Part shown: positions 62,695 through 64,000 of the stretch, one piece after another | How the letters are laid out: each line of letters begins with the position of its first letter | Numbering within the stretch: the stretch's first letter is position 1 | Virus record (IMG/VR): IMGVR_UViG_3300023235_001725 | From: a virus | Taxonomy: Duplodnaviria > Caudoviricetes | Direction: 5' to 3' (one strand) | DNA length: 64,000 nucleotides | Notes under the pieces: generated by a model | What the model saw: only the letters and a program-made list of their open reading frames with translations | What the model was told of the DNA's origin: nothing | The model's database searches: none | Program-made: the position numbers and the translations under genes

Positions 62695-63716
62695 AGTTGT
62701 ATATTGTTGTAGTTTCTTCCGTACTCTCTCTCGTTCACCATTAAGGAATAAAACACTGAAAAAAAGTCTTCTATAGTTCCACTAATGTAATCTTCGTACC
62801 CGTCTGAACGGAAATAACTGATTGTTGTTTGTATGTCTCTATCCTCGCTTAGTGGCAAATAAATAGTTTCACTAATTTGCTCGTAGTCTTCTAGTTGTAA
62901 AGAAGGGTTTTCTAAATTAAGCATACTTGCGTTTCTAATCAACAGGTCTCTTGACTCTAAGATTTGCCGATAAACAATTAAGCTTTTTTCTTCCTGGAGG
63001 ATTTCAGCTTCCTCACACATCTGTTGGTATGTATATTTCTCATCTTTAATAATTGGGAAGAATTTAATGATTTTATCTCTACTTAACCTGTCTACTCCAT
63101 CTACAAAACTGTTTCCCACGAAGCAATTAAGCATTAGTTCATTTTCAATATTGTAACCAAGCTTCTTCTGAAAATTTGCCTTGGTTATCAAATTCATTTT
63201 TGGAGTCATTACAGAAACGTTATCATCTATCAATTGATAGAATTCGTGCTCCCTAGAGAATATTATAATTCGCTCACCTTCTTTTGTTGATTGGTTAACA
63301 TATCCAGCTAGCATATCTGTGCCTTCGGTTTTTTTTGAAATCAACTGACGAACAGAGCAATTATCTAAAAGTCTCTGACATTTGTTTATTTGTCTCAATA
63401 TTGCCAAGTCATGTTCTTCACGTTCAGTTTCCACACCAAAATCCGTTTCAATATAGAGTCGCTTTCTCTTTTCCCATTCTTTTTGCTTTTCAAGATGATA
63501 GGGAGGGTAGTTTTTGTACTTTGTATCCCCAGCCTCCATACCATCCCATGCCACCACAACCCTTGACGGTCGAACGTGGTGAAGAAGGTAATTGAGTGCC
63601 TCGAAGAACCCAACAATTCCTCCACACTTTAACCTCTGCTCTTTGTTCTCATACTTCAAACGCTTAAAATGTTGGCGCTTAACCAACCAGTCTCCGTACA
63701 AGATTAAAGTCTGCAT
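62691..63716 (-). CDS. 5'-3' exonuclease/FEN-like homologue, probably catalytically inactive
   Basis: Fold recognisable (VVVAWDG, YPPYH), but acidic motifs are altered: LILYG, EGTD, SREHEFYQL, and no GD.SDN. Confidence 0.72.
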   Translation of the reverse strand: MQTLILYGDWLVKRQHFKRLKYENKEQRLKCGGIVGFFEALNYLLHHVRPSRVVVAWDGMEAGDTKYKNYPPYHLEKQKEWEKRKRLYIETDFGVETEREEHDLAILRQINKCQRLLDNCSVRQLISKKTEGTDMLAGYVNQSTKEGERIIIFSREHEFYQLIDDNVSVMTPKMNLITKANFQKKLGYNIENELMLNCFVGNSFVDGVDRLSRDKIIKFFPIIKDEKYTYQQMCEEAEILQEEKSLIVYRQILESRDLLIRNASMLNLENPSLQLEDYEQISETIYLPLSEDRDIQTTISYFRSDGYEDYISGTIEDFFSVFYSLMVNEREYGRNYNNIQL

Positions 63717-63771
63717 GCTGAAATTATAATTTATTCTACAAATATAAAAAATATCTGTTACCATCAAAGCA

Positions 63772-63816
63772 GAAAACGCCTGAAACTCATGTCAACTCAT
63801 GAGTTTAGGCGTTTTC
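63772..63816. terminator. Intrinsic terminator-like hairpin
   Basis: GAAAACGCCTGAAACTCATG...CATGAGTTTAGGCGTTTTC. Confidence 0.65.
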
Positions 63817-63860
63817 GCTATTCTAAGAACTTATGTTTTCAGAGGTATTAGCAAAGAGTT

Positions 63861-64000
63861 CTAGTCCAAGCTAACATGGTCCCAATCGTTATCATATTCA
63901 AGACTCCACCCGTCTTTTGTCGACGCTTTGTAATCGTCAATTGCTTTCTTTTCGTCCATAATGAAGCCGTGGTCTGTGCAGAGAATTTTTCCCCTAGCAG
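63861..64000 (-). CDS. C-terminal end of a gene running off the window (possibly RecA/UvsX-like)
   Basis: ...ARGKILCTDHGFIMDEKKAIDDYKASTKDGWSLEYDNDWDHVSLD*; family guess from memory only. Confidence 0.4.
   Translation of the reverse strand, partial: ARGKILCTDHGFIMDEKKAIDDYKASTKDGWSLEYDNDWDHVSLD

Noticed and set aside
5559-63625. Many 60-160-aa ORFs antisense to or nested in long genes (e.g. 27757-28224, 31649-32122, 32555-32959, 38775-39152)
   Set aside because: Shadow ORFs of well-supported genes with no independent motifs.
13253-63767. ORF-track 5' extensions of several genes (14962, 17781, 18467, 19144, 26939, 28655, 33039, 44606, 47366, 51650, 62081, 63767)
   Set aside because: The extensions run through attC-like sites, terminators or neighbouring genes and precede the family N-terminus, so downstream ATGs were used.
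1-64000. Genome-wide stop-codon reassignment
   Set aside because: Long conserved genes are intact under code 11, and TAA, TAG and TGA all end genes at tight junctions. Only three local in-frame stops were found.

Overview
This window looks like a 64-kb segment of a jumbo (huge) phage genome, most likely infecting Bacteroidota. Support for the host: a Bacteroidota-type RpoD-like sigma without region 1.1, TAnnTTTG -7 promoter boxes, and A-rich start regions without Shine-Dalgarno sites. Most genes are on the minus strand and use code 11. From left to right it holds: (i) a Ser/Arg/Trp tRNA operon with a GIY-YIG endonuclease and an RNA ligase, preceded by a classical-looking ribosome-stalling attenuator whose nine sensor codons are exactly those read by the downstream tRNAs; (ii) a 29-repeat CRISPR array (36-nt repeat, 30-nt spacers) next to a compact cas3-cas7-cas5-cas6 operon resembling type I-F2, with no cas8, cas1 or cas2; (iii) an AT-rich island of about nine gene cassettes bounded by attC-like sites; (iv) a UUA-anticodon (ochre-suppressor-like) tRNA, three nearby ORFs interrupted by in-frame TAA/TAG, and a second cluster of atypical tRNAs with six 46-54-nt tRNA-mimic RNAs; (v) Ro60/TROVE with candidate ncRNAs, PrsW, ClpC-like ATPase, RadA-like ATPase, M42 peptidase and MscL; (vi) a replication and nucleotide block (SSB, UvrD, sigma70, NrdA split by a naturally split intein around a Vsr-like endonuclease, NrdB, primase-helicase, two apparently inactive nucleases). 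An ECF-type promoter motif ((T/G/A)G(A/T)AAC-N16-CGTA) occurs nine times. All family calls come from motif recognition by eye, without database searches.
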